The notes beneath the pieces are model-generated. The model saw nothing but the letters and a program-made list of their open reading frames with translations, was not told where the DNA came from and ran no database searches. From the NCBI GenBank assembly GCA_963761335.1, contig CAVXGR010000018.1, positions 64,001 to 128,000 of the forward strand: DNA of 64,000 nt, given 5' to 3'. Numbering within the stretch: position 1 is the first letter of the stretch; every line of letters begins with the position of its first letter. This stretch comes from an uncultured delta proteobacterium. Its GTDB lineage: Bacteria; Desulfobacterota; Binatia; HRBIN30; BPIQ01. Below, piece after piece: positions 47,649-57,755 of this stretch. The translations under genes were made by a program, and so were the position numbers.

Positions 47649-47748
47649 GGTTGTTAGGTCGTTGGCTGTTAGGTTGTTGGGTCGTATGAGCCTCCAGCGT
47701 TCCTCCAATCGGGAGAACCAAGACTTAACAACCAACAACCCAACAACC
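47649..47748. repeat. Family B palindrome
   Basis: GGTTGTTAGGTCGTTGGCTGTTAGGTTGTTGGG ... CTTAACAACCAACAACCCAACAACCC. Confidence 0.7.
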
Positions 47749-47852
47749 CTGCCCCAGCAGCACGCCTCGTATGCCCCTCAGCCCCTCGTTTCTTGACCGG
47801 AACCACGGATCTTGCTAGCTACGATGCGGATTTCCTTCGGTCTTACCAATGC

Positions 47853-47927
47853 AGGCACGTAGCCCAGTGGGAGAGCGCTTCCTTGACACGGAAGAGGTCG
47901 GCGGTTCAATCCCGCCCGTGCCTACCA
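47853..47927 (+). tRNA. tRNA-Val(GAC)
   Basis: Acceptor AGGCACG/CGTGCCT-A-CCA; anticodon arm CTTCC-TTGACAC-GGAAG; T-loop TTCAATC; one C:A mismatch in the D-stem. Confidence 0.95.
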
Positions 47928-48047
47928 TCATCCTGACGCGGCGAAGCTGAGCGAGGTCCTCGGCAGCGCCTGTCAGAAATCGCGCCGGCGCCCGAGGCGC
48001 CGCGCTGCCGGGGGTGGGCGTTACCTGCCCCTGGCCTATCGAAATTC

Positions 48048-50006
48048 ATGGCGGACATCACAGTCACTCAGAACGGCAGACAGGCGAAGGTCGAGGCCGG
48101 CAGCTCGGCGGCGGCGGCGATCAAGGCGCTCGACGCGGAGTCGCTGCGCGGCGCCGTCGCGGCGCGCGTCGACGGTCGCGTCGTCGATCTGTCGCGGCCC
48201 CTGAGCGCCGACTGCGCCGTCGAGGCGGTCGCCGCCGACTCGCCCGCCGGTCTGGAAGTTCTGCGCCACTCCTCGGCACACCTCATGGCGCAGGCGGTGA
48301 AGCGGCTCTTCCAGGATACGCAGATCACCATCGGCCCGGTGATCGAGGACGGCTTCTACTACGACTTCAAGAAGGGTACGCCGTTCACGCCCGAGGACCT
48401 GGAGCGCATCGAGACCGCCATGCGGCAGATCGTCAAGGAGGACCTGAAGGTCACCCGCGAGGAAATGCCGCGGCAGGAGGCCACGGAGTTTTTCCGCAAC
48501 ATGGGCGAGCTCTACAAGGCGGAGATCATCGAGAGCATCCCCGAAGAGCGGGTATCCCTCTACCGCCAGGGCGAGTTCGTCGACCTCTGCCGCGGCCCGC
48601 ACGTTCCCTCCACCGGCCGACTGAAGGCGGTGAAGCTGACCGGGATTGCCGGTGCCTACTGGCGCGGCGACGAGCGCAACGAGATGCTGCAGCGCATTTA
48701 CGGCACTGCCTTTGCCACCCGCGAGCAGCTGGAGGCGCACCTGGCGCTACGCGAGGAGGCCAAGCGCCGCGATCACCGCCGGCTCGGCAAGGACCTCGAC
48801 CTCTTCAGCTTCGACCCGATCTCGCCCGGGAGCCCGTTCTTCCACCCCAAAGGGGCGCACGTCTACAACTCGTTGACGCAGTTCATGCGCGGCCTCAACC
48901 AGCGCTACGGCTTCCAGGAGGTGGTGACCCCGCAGATCTTCGACACCGAGCTCTGGCACCGCTCCGGGCACTACGAGAACTACAAGGACAACATGTTCTT
49001 CTCGTACCTCGACGAGCGCGAGTACGGCGTCAAGCCGATGAACTGCCCGAGCCACTGCCTGATCTACTCGACGCGCCGGCACTCGTATCGGGAGCTGCCC
49101 ATCCGCTACGCCGACTTCGGCCGCCTGCACCGCGCTGAGCGCTCCGGGACGCTGCACGGGCTGACGCGCGTGCGCAGCTTCAGCCAGGACGACGCCCACA
49201 TCTTCTGCACACCGGCGCAGATCGAGGGCGAGATCGGCCGGCTGCTCGGCATGGTCGACGAGATGTCGCGCGTCTTCGGCTTCAGCGAGCGCAAGGTCTA
49301 TCTCTCGACCCGCCCGGAGAAGTCGATCGGCACCGACGAGATGTGGCAGCAGGCGGAAGGGGCTCTGGCCTCGGCGCTGCGCTCGGCGCAGATGCCCTAC
49401 GAGATCAACCCGGGCGACGGCGCCTTCTATGGGCCGAAGATCGATTTCAACTTCCTCGATGCCCTCAAGCGTCCGTGGCAGCTCTCCACCGTCCAGCTCG
49501 ACTTTGGGGCTCTGCCGGAGCGCTTCGACCTGAGCTACGTCACTCCGGAGGGATCGATGGAGCGGCCGGTGATGATCCACCGCGCCATTCTCGGCACCAT
49601 CGAGCGCTTCATGGGCATCTACATCGAGCACTGCGCCGGCGCCTTCCCGCTGTGGCTGGCGCCGCTGCAGGTGCGGGTGCTGACGCTCACCGAACGCCAG
49701 GAGGCGTACGGCCGCACCGTCGCCGACCGCCTGCTGGCGGCGGGCTTCCGCGCCGAGGTTGACGACCGCAACGAGAAGCTCGGCTTCAAGATCCGCGAGG
49801 CGCAGCTCGAGAAGATTCCCTACATGCTGGTCGTCGGCGACAAGGAGGCGGCCAACGGCACCGTGGCGCCGCGCAGTCGCGCCGGAGGCAACATCGAGCC
49901 GATGCCCCTGGCGGCGTTCATCGAGCGTCTCACCGAGGAGTCCCGCCTGCCGTCCACGGTGGCCGAGGAGCCGGAGCTGCCCAGAGCGGCGCAATCCGCA
50001 GGGTAG
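48048..50006 (+). CDS. thrS: Threonyl-tRNA synthetase
   Basis: [44 protein letters not shown]. Confidence 0.97.
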   Translation: MADITVTQNGRQAKVEAGSSAAAAIKALDAESLRGAVAARVDGRVVDLSRPLSADCAVEAVAADSPAGLEVLRHSSAHLMAQAVKRLFQDTQITIGPVIEDGFYYDFKKGTPFTPEDLERIETAMRQIVKEDLKVTREEMPRQEATEFFRNMGELYKAEIIESIPEERVSLYRQGEFVDLCRGPHVPSTGRLKAVKLTGIAGAYWRGDERNEMLQRIYGTAFATREQLEAHLALREEAKRRDHRRLGKDLDLFSFDPISPGSPFFHPKGAHVYNSLTQFMRGLNQRYGFQEVVTPQIFDTELWHRSGHYENYKDNMFFSYLDEREYGVKPMNCPSHCLIYSTRRHSYRELPIRYADFGRLHRAERSGTLHGLTRVRSFSQDDAHIFCTPAQIEGEIGRLLGMVDEMSRVFGFSERKVYLSTRPEKSIGTDEMWQQAEGALASALRSAQMPYEINPGDGAFYGPKIDFNFLDALKRPWQLSTVQLDFGALPERFDLSYVTPEGSMERPVMIHRAILGTIERFMGIYIEHCAGAFPLWLAPLQVRVLTLTERQEAYGRTVADRLLAAGFRAEVDDRNEKLGFKIREAQLEKIPYMLVVGDKEAANGTVAPRSRAGGNIEPMPLAAFIERLTEESRLPSTVAEEPELPRAAQSAG

Positions 50007-50046
50007 GGGGCCACCCCACCCTCAAGAACAAGGAGAAAGGTCTCTC

Positions 50047-50244
50047 ATGCCCAAGATCAAGACTTCGCGCGGCACCGCCAAGCGCTTCAAGGTTACCGGC
50101 TCGGGGAAGATCGTCCGCGCCAAGGCCTATCGCCGACATCAGCTGTCGTGCAAGACGACCAAGCAGAAGCGGCATCTGCGCGGCACCACCGTGGTGGATG
50201 CCACCAATGCCAAGGCCATCCGCCAGCTGATCCCCTACAAGTGA
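50047..50244 (+). CDS. rpmI: 50S ribosomal protein L35
   Basis: [31 protein letters not shown]. Confidence 0.95.
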   Translation: MPKIKTSRGTAKRFKVTGSGKIVRAKAYRRHQLSCKTTKQKRHLRGTTVVDATNAKAIRQLIPYK

Positions 50245-50365
50245 GGGCGCTCTGCCGCGGGGGCGGAGGTTGGCAAAACGGGGCCGAGCTGTTAGACATG
50301 ACCCCTTGACCTGGGCCTCGGGGGCGGGGGCCGGGTCTCGGAATTGCAACGAAGGGAGAAGCAAC

Positions 50366-50725
50366 ATGCCACGCGTAAAGCGCGGGACCAAAGGACGCGC
50401 GCGACACAAGAAGGTGATGAAGCTCGCCAAGGGAAACGTCGGCGGGCGGCGGAAGCAGTACCGCCAGGCGCGCGAGACGGTCGAGCGCGGCCTCACCTAC
50501 GCCTACCGCGATCGCCGCGTCCGCAAGCGTGATTTTCGCGGCCTGTGGATCGTGCGCATCGGCGCCGCGGCGCGACTGAACGGCCTTTCTTACAGCCAGC
50601 TGATTCACGGGCTCAAGCTGGAGGGAATCGACCTCGACCGCAAGATTCTCGCCGACCTCGCTGTCCGCGACCCGCAGGCCTTCGGCGAGATTGCCGCCAA
50701 GGCGAAATCGCGTCTCGCCGCCTGA
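50366..50725 (+). CDS. rplT: 50S ribosomal protein L20
   Basis: [38 protein letters not shown]. Confidence 0.96.
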   Translation: MPRVKRGTKGRARHKKVMKLAKGNVGGRRKQYRQARETVERGLTYAYRDRRVRKRDFRGLWIVRIGAAARLNGLSYSQLIHGLKLEGIDLDRKILADLAVRDPQAFGEIAAKAKSRLAA

Positions 50726-50750
50726 CGGTGCGGACCCCGCCCATGTGTCG

Positions 50751-50785
50751 AGCAAGCCATGAGGCCTCCGGCTTCATGGCTTGCT
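50751..50785 (+). terminator. Hairpin between rplT and pheS
   Basis: AGCAAGCCATGAGGCC-TCC-GGCTTCATGGCTTGCT; weak U tail. Confidence 0.45.
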
Positions 50786-50798
50786 TGCGTTGGGGATC

Positions 50799-51818
50799 AT
50801 GAAGGCGGCTCTGGAAAAGCTCCGCGAGGAAGCCCTGCTCGCGGTGGAGGACTGCGGCGACGAGAGCGGCCTCGAGGACCTGCGGCTGCGGTATCTCGGC
50901 CGCAAGGGCGAGCTGACGCAGATCCTGCGCGGCCTCCGCGAGGTGGCGCCCGAGGAGAGGCCGCAGATCGGTGAGCTCGCCAACCAGGTGAAGGACGCCC
51001 TTGAGGGGCGCTTGGAGCGCGCCCGCGAGGATCTGCGGCGCCGCGAGCTCGAGCGCCGCGTGACCGAGGAGCGCATCGACATCACCATCCCCGGCCGCCG
51101 GCCGCCCTCCGGCAGCATTCATCCGCTGACCCAGGTGATGGACGAGCTGGTGGGGATCTTCGTCAGCCTCGGTTTCAGCGTCGCCGAGGGACCGGACATC
51201 GAGGACGATTACCACAACTTCGAGGCGCTCAACTTTCCACCCGATCACCCGGCGCGCGACATGCAGGACACCTTCTTCGTGTCGCGCGACATGGTCCTGC
51301 GCACGCACACCTCGCCGGTGCAGATCCGCGTCATGGAGCAGCGCCAGCCGCCCCTGCGCGTCATTGCCCCGGGGTGGGTGTACCGCCACGACAGCGACGT
51401 CACCCACTCGCCCATGTTCAGCCAGATCGAGGGCTTCATGGTCGACAAGCGCGTCACCTTTGGCGACCTGAAGGGAGTGCTGACCCTCGCCATGCAGCGC
51501 CTCTTCGGCAGCGACACGCGGGTCCGCTTCCGGCCGTCTTTCTTTCCCTTCACCGAGCCCAGCGCCGAGGTCGACATCGGCTGCTTCGAATGCCGCGGTG
51601 AGCCCGGCTGCCGGCTGTGCAGGGGCACCGGTTGGATGGAGATCCTCGGCTCGGGGCTGATCGATCCGAACGTCTTCCGCTTCGTCGGCTACGATCCCGA
51701 CGCGGTCTCGGGATTCGCCTTCGGCATGGGTATCGAGCGGGTCGCCATGCTCAAGTATCAGGTCAACGACATTCGCCTGTTTTTCGGCAACGACCTGCGC
51801 TTCCTGCGGCAGTTCTGA
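50799..51818 (+). CDS. pheS: Phenylalanyl-tRNA synthetase alpha subunit
   Basis: HPARDMQDTF, LRTHTSPVQIR, FPFTEPSAEVD, GFAFGMGIER. Confidence 0.97.
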   Translation: MKAALEKLREEALLAVEDCGDESGLEDLRLRYLGRKGELTQILRGLREVAPEERPQIGELANQVKDALEGRLERAREDLRRRELERRVTEERIDITIPGRRPPSGSIHPLTQVMDELVGIFVSLGFSVAEGPDIEDDYHNFEALNFPPDHPARDMQDTFFVSRDMVLRTHTSPVQIRVMEQRQPPLRVIAPGWVYRHDSDVTHSPMFSQIEGFMVDKRVTFGDLKGVLTLAMQRLFGSDTRVRFRPSFFPFTEPSAEVDIGCFECRGEPGCRLCRGTGWMEILGSGLIDPNVFRFVGYDPDAVSGFAFGMGIERVAMLKYQVNDIRLFFGNDLRFLRQF

Positions 51819-51820
51819 CC

Positions 51821-54217
51821 ATGAAGGTCACGGTCAATTGGCTCCGCGAGCTGGTGCCGCTGGATCTCTCCGCCGGCGAGATCGCCGATCGCCTGACGGC
51901 GGCGGGGCTCGAGGTGGAGCGCATCGAGGAACGCGGTCGCGATCTGGACGGCGTGGTGGTGGCCGAGATCGCCCGCGTCGATCCCCATCCGCGTGCCGAG
52001 CGCCTGGTGGTCTGCGAGGTCCGGCTCGGCCCGGGCCCGTCGCAGACCGTTGTCTGCGGAGCCCGCAACATGAAGGCCGGCGACCGCGTGGCGCTGGCGA
52101 CGGTGGGGACGCGGATGGCGGACGGGCGTCTCATCGAGCTCGCCGAGATCCGCGGGGTCCACTCCGCGGGCATGCTGTGCTCGGCGGCGGAGCTGCGGCT
52201 CGGCGAGGCGGCCGAGGGCATCATGATCCTCTCCGGCGCCGCCGAGGTGGGCAAGCCACTGGCGGAGGCCCTGGGAGTGGCCGACACCGTTCTCGAGGTC
52301 GGCGTCACCCCCAACCGCGGCGACTGCCTGAGCGTCCTCGGCATCGCCCGCGAGCTGGCGGCGCTCTTCGGCGTCAAGCTGTCGCGCCAGCGGCCGGCGA
52401 TTCGCGAGAAGGGGACGCCGGTCGCGGATCTGGTCTCGGTGCAGATCGCCGATCCGGATTTGTGCGGGCGCTACGCGGCGCGCGTCATTGCCGAGCTGAG
52501 CGTGGTGCCGTCGCCGCCGTGGATGCAGAGCCGTCTGGAGGCGGTCGGCCTGCGGGCGATCAACAACATCGTCGACGTCACCAACTACGTCATGATCGAG
52601 CGCGGCCAGCCGCTGCACGCCTTCGATCTGGACGCTCTGTCGCCGCGGCAGATCGTCGTGCGCCGCGCCGGGGCGCGCTTCGAGTACGTCACGCTCGACG
52701 GGCTGCCGCGGCAGATCGAGCCGGACGACCTGCTGATCACCACCGGCGAGGAGCCCGTCGCCATCGCCGGCATCATGGGCGGAGCGCGCTCGGGAGTGGT
52801 GCCGCAGACGCGCACGGTGCTCCTCGAGAGCGCCTGGTTCAGCCCGGTGAGCGTGCGCCGCACGGCGCGGCGGCTCGGGCTCTCCTCCGAGTCGGCATAC
52901 CGCTTCGAGCGGCAGGTCGACATCGAGGGTGTGGTCAGCGCTCTCGATCGCGCCGCGCATCTGCTGGCGAGGCACGGCGGCGGCGCGGTCGCCCCCGGGG
53001 TGATCGACGTCTACCCGCGGCCCTATCAGCCGGCGCCGGTGCCGCTGCGCATCCATCGGCTCCAGGAGCTGCTCGGCGTCGAGGTCGAGCGCACCGCGGT
53101 GACCAATACTCTGAAGAGCCTCGGCGCCGCCGTGACCACCGGCCCTCGCGGCGCCCTCTCCGTGGTGCCGCCCTCGCATCGCTCGGATCTGACCCGCGAG
53201 GTGGATCTGGTCGAGGAGGTGGCGCGGCTCATCGGCTACCATCAGATCCCGGCGACGCTGCCGGTAGGCAACCTCACCGCCGGCGAGGAGAGCGCCGGCC
53301 GCGCCGAGCTGCGCCAGCTGCGCACCGTTCTCGCCGCGCAGGGGTGGTCCGAGGTGATCTCCATGAGCTTCACCTCGCCGCGGGTCAACCAGCGCTTTCC
53401 GGGGCTGGTGCCGCCGGGCGTCGTCCCCGTGCCGTTGCTCAATCCCATGTCGCAGGAGGAGGGCGAGATGCGCCTCAGCCTCCTCGGCGGTCTGCTCGAG
53501 GCGCTGCGGCTGAACCTCAATCAGGGCGAGCGCGGCGCGGCACTATACGCCATCGGCAAGGCCTTCTGGCGCGGCGACAGAGGCTACGGCGAGGGGGCTC
53601 GTATCGCCGGCGTGCTGCAGGGGCCGGTGCCGCGACGCGGTCTCGGCTCCCAGCCGGACAGCGATTTCGCCGACTTGAAGGGAGTCGTCGAGACCATCCT
53701 GGCGCGCTTCGCGCTCGAGGTCGCCTGGGAGCGGCGGGATCTCTCACCCAGCCTGCATCCGGGGATGTCGGCGCGGATCGGCGCTGGCGACGGCTCGGCA
53801 GTCGGCTTCGCCGGCGCTCTGCACCCGCGCCTCCTCGCCGACCTGGGAGTGTCGCCGCCGGGCTGGGTGTTCGAGCTTGACGCCGATATCCTGCTTCAGT
53901 ATCCTCGCCGCCGTCTTTTTCGAGAACTGGCGAGATTTCCAGCAGTTGGACGTGATCTGGCGATCGTGACCGAAGTGGATTTCAGCGCTTCCGAAGTGGA
54001 GCGGTTCGTGCGCGGCTGGGGCTGCGAATGGATCGAGTCGGTGCAGCTCTTCGACCAGTACGAAGGGGCGTCCATTCCTGCCGGCAAGAAGAGCCTGGCC
54101 TACGCCATCACCTATCGCGCCGCCGATCGCACCCTGACTGACGAGGAAGTGAATGCCGTTCACGAAAGATTGATCGCAGATTTGACCAGTGGGCTCGGAG
54201 TGGAGTTGCGACAGTAG
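51821..54217 (+). CDS. pheT: Phenylalanyl-tRNA synthetase beta subunit
   Basis: VVCGA.N, SAGMLCS, TPNRGDCLS, NNIVDVTNY..GQPLHAFD, RTLTDEEV. Confidence 0.96.
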   Translation: MKVTVNWLRELVPLDLSAGEIADRLTAAGLEVERIEERGRDLDGVVVAEIARVDPHPRAERLVVCEVRLGPGPSQTVVCGARNMKAGDRVALATVGTRMADGRLIELAEIRGVHSAGMLCSAAELRLGEAAEGIMILSGAAEVGKPLAEALGVADTVLEVGVTPNRGDCLSVLGIARELAALFGVKLSRQRPAIREKGTPVADLVSVQIADPDLCGRYAARVIAELSVVPSPPWMQSRLEAVGLRAINNIVDVTNYVMIERGQPLHAFDLDALSPRQIVVRRAGARFEYVTLDGLPRQIEPDDLLITTGEEPVAIAGIMGGARSGVVPQTRTVLLESAWFSPVSVRRTARRLGLSSESAYRFERQVDIEGVVSALDRAAHLLARHGGGAVAPGVIDVYPRPYQPAPVPLRIHRLQELLGVEVERTAVTNTLKSLGAAVTTGPRGALSVVPPSHRSDLTREVDLVEEVARLIGYHQIPATLPVGNLTAGEESAGRAELRQLRTVLAAQGWSEVISMSFTSPRVNQRFPGLVPPGVVPVPLLNPMSQEEGEMRLSLLGGLLEALRLNLNQGERGAALYAIGKAFWRGDRGYGEGARIAGVLQGPVPRRGLGSQPDSDFADLKGVVETILARFALEVAWERRDLSPSLHPGMSARIGAGDGSAVGFAGALHPRLLADLGVSPPGWVFELDADILLQYPRRRLFRELARFPAVGRDLAIVTEVDFSASEVERFVRGWGCEWIESVQLFDQYEGASIPAGKKSLAYAITYRAADRTLTDEEVNAVHERLIADLTSGLGVELRQ

Positions 54218-54253
54218 CGTTTACGGACCAGCAGACAAGCACGGAGCGGAGGG

Positions 54254-54553
54254 ATGCCTGTGACAATGACGAAGGGCGACATCGTCGAGCGCATCTATGA
54301 GAAGGTGGGTTTCTCGAAGAAGGAGGCCAGCGAGGTGGTCGACAGTATCTTCGAGGTCATCAAGGGCCATCTCGAGCAGGGCGCCAAGGTCAAGATCTCC
54401 GGCTTCGGCAACTTCGTGGTCAACGAGAAGCGCCCGCGCAAGGGGCGCAATCCGCAGACGGGAGAGGAGATCGTCATCAGCGGTCGCAAGGTGCTGAGCT
54501 TCAAGGCCAGCCCGGTGCTGAAGAAGACGATGAACGGAAACGGCGGGGCCTGA
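54254..54553 (+). CDS. ihfA: Integration host factor alpha
   Basis: [15 protein letters not shown]...[13 protein letters not shown]; follows pheT. Confidence 0.92.
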   Translation: MPVTMTKGDIVERIYEKVGFSKKEASEVVDSIFEVIKGHLEQGAKVKISGFGNFVVNEKRPRKGRNPQTGEEIVISGRKVLSFKASPVLKKTMNGNGGA

Positions 54554-54954
54554 TGGCCCGGGCGAGGGAGGCGAAGAGCTCCATCCCCGACAAGCTGTAC
54601 TTCAAGATCGGCGAGGCAGCGAAAATCGTGGGCGTGGAGCCCTATGTGCTTCGCTACTGGGAGACCGAGTTCCCGCTTCTCAAGCCCACCAAGACCCGCT
54701 CCCGACACCGCCTCTATCGCCGCCGCGACGTCGAGACCCTGCTCGAGATCAAGCGCCTGCTGCACGACGAGCGCTTCACCATCGAGGGAGCCCGCAAGCG
54801 CCTCAAGGCCGACGGCCGCAGCGCCAAGGGCCCGCGCCCCGCGAACGGTGGGGAAGCGCAGCTGCCACTCCCTCTGTCCGAGCAGCGATACCGCAGCCTC
54901 CTCGGCCGCGTGAAAAAGGATCTGGAGGACCTGCGCCAGATCCTGAACGACTGA
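54553..54954 (+). CDS. MerR-family transcriptional regulator
   Basis: [34 protein letters not shown]; usual ihfA neighbour. Confidence 0.92.
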   Translation: MARAREAKSSIPDKLYFKIGEAAKIVGVEPYVLRYWETEFPLLKPTKTRSRHRLYRRRDVETLLEIKRLLHDERFTIEGARKRLKADGRSAKGPRPANGGEAQLPLPLSEQRYRSLLGRVKKDLEDLRQILND

Positions 54955-54969
54955 CCCGCCGACCCACTC

Positions 54970-55026
54970 TTCTCCATTCTCATCCCCGGTTCTCATTTTT
55001 CATTCCGTCGTTTTCCATTTCTCTGA
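54970..55026. repeat. Family D repeat, single arm
   Basis: CTCCATTCTCATCCCCGGTTCTCATTTTTCATTCCGTCGTTTTCCATTTCTCTGA. Confidence 0.7.
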
Positions 55027-55159
55027 TGCTTCGAAATACATCGGGTCCGATCCGCGGAACCACCCCGATGACATCGGTCGCCTCAACGAGTTGGACAGCG
55101 CGGCCGGTGTGACGTAGAGATTCGCCTGCCGCGGCCCTGACGCAGCCAGGAGACCCTCA

Positions 55160-56323
55160 ATGGAAACTGCAGATCCGAAAGAGCTGGGATTCGCCCCCGA
55201 CCGCCTGGCGCGGCTGTCGCCGGTCATCCAGCGCGATATCGACGCGGAGCGCTACGACGGCTGCGAGCTCGTCGTCGGCCGGCACGGCAAGGTGGCCTTC
55301 CACGAGTGCTTCGGTTACGCCGAGCGCGTCTCGGGTCGTCCCGTCGAGAAGGACCAGGTCTTCGTCTCCATGTCCGTCGGCAAGCAGCTCACCGTGGCGC
55401 TGGTGCTCAATCGCATCGAGCGCGGCGACTTCGCCTTCACCACCCGCGTCGCCGACGTCATCCCCGAGTTCGGCTGCCGCGGCAAGGAGGCGATCACCGT
55501 CGCCCATCTGCTGACGCACACCAGCGGCCTGCCGATGCTGCTTCCCCCGATGCCTCCCGAGCTCGCCGGCAGCCTCGAGGCGGTCGTCGCCGCCACCTCC
55601 GCCTGCCTGCTCGAATCGCAGCCGGGCTCGCGGGTGATGTACGCCGTCCTCGTTGCCCATGCGGTTCTCGCCGAGATGGTGCGTCGCCTCGACGGCGGCA
55701 AACGACCCTATCGGCAGATCCTCGCCGAGGATCTCTTCGCCCCTCTCGGCATGCTGAATACCTCGCTCGGCGTTCGGCCCGACCTCGCCCAGCGGCTGGC
55801 GCCGGTGGTGGTGCGCGACCGGCGTCCCGGCCTCCTCGACGCGGACTTTCTGGAGATGATGGGACAGATCCTCGCCGAGGACACCGAGATCCCGGCCGGC
55901 GGCTACCTTTCCACCGCGCCCGACCTGCACCGCTTCGCCGAGATGCTGCGCCGGGGCGGCGAGCTGAACGGCCATCGCCTTCTGTCCCCGGCGATGGTGC
56001 AGGCGGTGCAGGTCAACCGCACCGGAGAGAAGCCCAACAGCCTTTGGGATTACACCCAGTCGACGCGCAACTGGGCCCTATTCCCCGCCAACCTCGGTCT
56101 CGGATTCTTCCTCCGCGGCGAGGGCATGCACCCGACGCCGTTCGGCACGCTGGCTTCCCCCCGCACCTTCGGCGGCTTCGGCGCCGGCTCGACGGCCTTC
56201 TGGGTCGACCCGGTGCGCGATGTTTCCTACGCCTTCATGTCGAGCGGTCTGATGGAGGAGTCGTACAGCCTCGAGCGCCATCAGAAGCTCGCCGACATCG
56301 TGCACTCGGCGATCGTCGCGTGA
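55160..56323 (+). CDS. Beta-lactamase-like serine hydrolase (family VIII esterase type)
   Basis: SVGK (SxxK), LLTHTSGL, PG..VMY, PLGM, WVDP. Confidence 0.88.
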   Translation: METADPKELGFAPDRLARLSPVIQRDIDAERYDGCELVVGRHGKVAFHECFGYAERVSGRPVEKDQVFVSMSVGKQLTVALVLNRIERGDFAFTTRVADVIPEFGCRGKEAITVAHLLTHTSGLPMLLPPMPPELAGSLEAVVAATSACLLESQPGSRVMYAVLVAHAVLAEMVRRLDGGKRPYRQILAEDLFAPLGMLNTSLGVRPDLAQRLAPVVVRDRRPGLLDADFLEMMGQILAEDTEIPAGGYLSTAPDLHRFAEMLRRGGELNGHRLLSPAMVQAVQVNRTGEKPNSLWDYTQSTRNWALFPANLGLGFFLRGEGMHPTPFGTLASPRTFGGFGAGSTAFWVDPVRDVSYAFMSSGLMEESYSLERHQKLADIVHSAIVA

Positions 56324-56338
56324 GAGGGACTACTCTAG

Positions 56339-57175
56339 GTGGCGGCGGCGACTGAAACGCGAGCCGATGGTCCGGGCGGGCGGGCTCTCTCAGCCCGTCT
56401 CGAGCCCTTCGACAGTCTTCCCTGCGGCTACGTCACCGCCGACCTCGACGACGGCTACGGCCCTCATGGCCGCTATCTCGCGGCCAACTACCTTCCTCTG
56501 GCACCGCCCGAGCGAGACGCCCGCATTCTCTGCGTCAGCTGCGGGCCGGGCTACTTCGTCAAGCAGCTCATCGACGCGGGCTACTCCAACGTCCTCGGAA
56601 TCGACTCGAGCGCGGCATACGTGGAGCACGCCAGGCGCCGCGGCCTTCCCTGCGAGCAGGCCCATGCCTTTCCCTTCCTCGAGGGTGGCGGCGAGAGCTT
56701 CGATTTCATCTGGTGCGGGAACGAGGTCAACCATCTCACCCAGGAAGAGCTGATCGAGTTCCTGCGGCTCGCCGGCGCGCGCCTTCGCCCGGGCGGGCGG
56801 GTGTGTGTGAACTCGCAGAACGGCGCGAACCCGGTCACCGGCATCGACGGCCTCTCGCACAACCTCGACCACAGCGCCGTCTACACCGAGTACTCGCTGC
56901 GGCAGGTCCTCCAGTACACGGGCTTCGAGGACGTCCACATCCTTCCGGTACGGCTTTACGTTTTCTACCGCAACCCCCTGAACTACCTCGGCATGGCCGT
57001 GGATCTCGCCCTGACTCTCGTCTTCCGGCTCCTGTTTCGCTTCTACGGGAAGACCAATCGAATCTTCACGAAGAAGATCGCCGGAGTCGGCCGGCGGCCG
57101 GCCGCGGAAGCAGGAGCCGGGCCCCAGAAGGTGAATGCGTTGCCGCACGACAGGGGGAGGGCATCTTCTCCTTGA
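56339..57175 (+). CDS. Class I SAM-dependent methyltransferase
   Basis: ILCVSCGPGY, GID.S, FDFI, LRPGG. Confidence 0.8.
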   Translation: MAAATETRADGPGGRALSARLEPFDSLPCGYVTADLDDGYGPHGRYLAANYLPLAPPERDARILCVSCGPGYFVKQLIDAGYSNVLGIDSSAAYVEHARRRGLPCEQAHAFPFLEGGGESFDFIWCGNEVNHLTQEELIEFLRLAGARLRPGGRVCVNSQNGANPVTGIDGLSHNLDHSAVYTEYSLRQVLQYTGFEDVHILPVRLYVFYRNPLNYLGMAVDLALTLVFRLLFRFYGKTNRIFTKKIAGVGRRPAAEAGAGPQKVNALPHDRGRASSP

Positions 57176-57276
57176 GGTTAGACGTCATCGCCCCCGTAGG
57201 GCCGTCGGGATGTAGCCCCGGTGCCCGCGCCCCTGGGGCGGGGCGCAACGGGGAAGGGCGACGCCGTTCCCCGGCT

Positions 57277-57405
57277 TGCAGAGTCTGTCACAAGACCCCT
57301 TCAAGACGACTCCCGCCGGCTCGCGGGCCGAGTAGAAGCGGCGTCTCGCCGCTTCGGAAAGCGCCGGGACGGCGCTTCTACTTTGGTTTTGAGACAGACT
57401 CTGCA
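57277..57405. mobile_element. MITE-like element enclosing a family E REP doublet
   Basis: TGCA-GAGTCTGTCACAAGA ... TTTTGAGACAGACTC-TGCA (17/19 inverted match; TGCA possible target-site duplication). Confidence 0.55.
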
Positions 57406-57571
57406 CCCGGGGCCACACGCCCGCGCCGCTCCGCGGCGTGATCCCCGAGGCGCCCGCAATTTCGCTGGGGGATCCCGAAGCCGGCCGCAGTCCACGCCGC
57501 ATCCGGTGCCGCCGTTGACCGCGTGTTGAACGGCCACAGGGGGCGTGGTACGAGGGACGCCGACTCTCTGT

Positions 57572-57645
57572 CGGGGCGTAGCGCAGCCTGGTAGCGCACC
57601 TGCTTGGGGTGCAGGGGGTCGTGGGTTCAAATCCCGCCGCCCCGA
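57572..57645 (+). tRNA. tRNA-Pro(GGG), CCA not encoded
   Basis: Acceptor CGGGGCG/CGCCCCG-A; D arm GCGC-AGCCTGGTA-GCGC; anticodon arm CCTGC-TTGGGGT-GCAGG; TTCAAAT. Confidence 0.95.
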
Positions 57646-57755
57646 TTCCTTTTGCTGCACGGTCCGTCGACTTCTGGCGACCGTGCCTCGTCATCTGCTC
57701 GCAGCTCGCCCCCCGTTCCTCGACGGGGCCGCGCCGTCTGTGATACTTTGCCTGC

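Noticed and set aside
57572..57645. Prophage or genomic-island att site at tRNA-Pro or tRNA-Val
   Set aside because: No duplicated tRNA 3' end, intact integrase or phage genes were seen
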